Shown one piece after another: positions 31,186-32,000 of a stretch of DNA of 32,000 bases. The DNA is taken from positions 1-32,000 of the forward strand of contig JAUWWQ010000046.1 in assembly GCA_030616775.1 (NCBI GenBank), in the 5' to 3' direction. The first letter of the stretch is position 1. Every line of letters begins with the position of its first letter. The notes under the pieces were generated by a model. It searched no databases, had not been told where the DNA came from, and was given only the letters and a program-made list of their open reading frames with translations. The position numbers and the translations under genes are program-made. This DNA comes from Planctomycetota bacterium (lineage in GTDB: Bacteria; Planctomycetota; Phycisphaerae; UBA1845).

Positions 31186-32000
31186 TTACTCCTTCAGCGC
31201 ATACTTGTCGGTATCCGCAAGGAACTGTTCACGCCGTCTCCAGCTGGAGAACCAGTACCGGCGACCGAGATAGTCAACAGTAAACTTATCTTTGCCCTTC
31301 ATGTCCATACCCCTTTCTGCCTTGAAAACAGGGCAGTGCCCGTTGAGCGCGATATCTGCGCTGCTGTACTTGGACGGGTCAGACATGAACAGTCTCTTAT
31401 GCTCCGCTGATGAGAACACGTACATGCGATGTCCGTGCCACAGATGATAGTCAGGGATGCCAGGTACATCTTTGTGCTCTTCGACCTTACAGACAACGCA
31501 GTTCCCCCAAAGTACCGGAGAGAATGCGGCAGGACTCGCGCCGAAAACGGCTTTTTCACCAGTGGACGGAAAGAAATAGCGATGGGCGTCATAGATGCTC
31601 ACTATATCCGGTTTGCCGGGCAGCACTCTGTCGTGGCTGCGCATGCTGACGGGACAGTTGCCACCGAGCGCAAGGTCGGCGTCAGCATACTTCTCCGGTT
31701 CAGCCTGGAACATCTTCTGCTCTCTAGCCGATGGGAAGAGGTAGAGACGAGCGTCATGAACAACATGAAACGCGGCCTTGCCCGGAACGATGCGTCCTTC
31801 TTCTACCTTGCACACAACACAGTTTCCGCCTAAGGCTGGAACGTATGCGGTCTGGTTTGCATCAAACATCTTCTTCTTCTCGGCCGACGGGAACAGGTAG
31901 ATGCGGCTGTCATAGGTTGACGAGAACTCTGTGTTACCTTCAACCAGGATGCCCGTTGTGATGAGGGACACCGGACAGTAACCCTCAAGTGCGGGTGTGC
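31186..32000 (-). CDS. Tandem-repeat protein with YHS-like Cys modules (5' end beyond the window)
   Basis: The reading frame stays open to the window edge (..TPALEGYCPVSLITTG..). There are five modules of about 55 aa. Each contains G-(N/H/Y)-C-(P/V)-V ... Y-x-F-(P/S)-S ... F ... P-x-(K/A)-(Y/F). Modules alternate between CPV(S/F) and CVVCKVEE types. Confidence 0.8.
   Translation of the reverse strand, partial: TPALEGYCPVSLITTGILVEGNTEFSSTYDSRIYLFPSAEKKKMFDANQTAYVPALGGNCVVCKVEEGRIVPGKAAFHVVHDARLYLFPSAREQKMFQAEPEKYADADLALGGNCPVSMRSHDRVLPGKPDIVSIYDAHRYFFPSTGEKAVFGASPAAFSPVLWGNCVVCKVEEHKDVPGIPDYHLWHGHRMYVFSSAEHKRLFMSDPSKYSSADIALNGHCPVFKAERGMDMKGKDKFTVDYLGRRYWFSSWRRREQFLADTDKYALKE

Noticed and set aside
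1-32000. tRNA, rRNA, CRISPR arrays and integrase/att sites flanking the low-GC operon
   Set aside because: No T-loop-like GGTTCGAATCC-type sequences, regularly spaced repeats or flanking direct repeats were recognised by eye in the intergenic regions. A computational scan (tRNAscan-SE, Infernal, repeat finder) would be needed to exclude them.

Overview
High-GC bacterial chromosomal window, with weak hints of a PVC/Planctomycetota-like genome: many Tat and signal-peptide-Cys proteins, GT-C glycosyltransferases fused to TPR, and repeat proteins. Long antisense 'shadow' ORFs are common and were discarded. Four blocks are visible. (1) 1-2408 holds a possible IS-type transposase start at the left edge and a Ski2-like SF2 helicase. 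(2) 2505-4737 is a tightly packed, visibly lower-GC three-gene minus-strand operon of uncharacterised proteins: a TIGR04255-like protein, a small protein with a disordered N-terminus, and a split PIN-like Cys/His-rich protein. This is my best candidate for an undescribed defence or toxin-type system. (3) 5239-17021 is a metal(loid) island. It contains an EF-hand/His-rich secreted protein and an ArrAB/PsrAB-like Tat-exported molybdopterin oxidoreductase with no membrane subunit, ended by a clear intrinsic terminator. It also has two ArsR regulators, an ArsP-type permease, a CPKC mini-thioredoxin, a membrane-anchored CxxC protein, a DsbD/CcdA-like permease, the mercury-methylation pair hgcA-hgcB, and an ACR3 arsenite pump. 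A 16-bp ATGG-N8-CCAT palindrome occurs three times and appears to tie the oxidoreductase, arsR and the permease operon into one regulon. (4) 17076-32000 is mostly housekeeping: TrkA-N protein, folC, aroB, maf, M19 dipeptidase, Sir2, two ArnT/PMT-like glycosyltransferases, a TPR protein with a long acidic tail, and a Cys-motif tandem-repeat protein cut by the window end. A duplicated about 69-bp element plus a perfect 18-bp palindrome sits upstream of maf. No rRNA, tRNA or CRISPR array was recognised.
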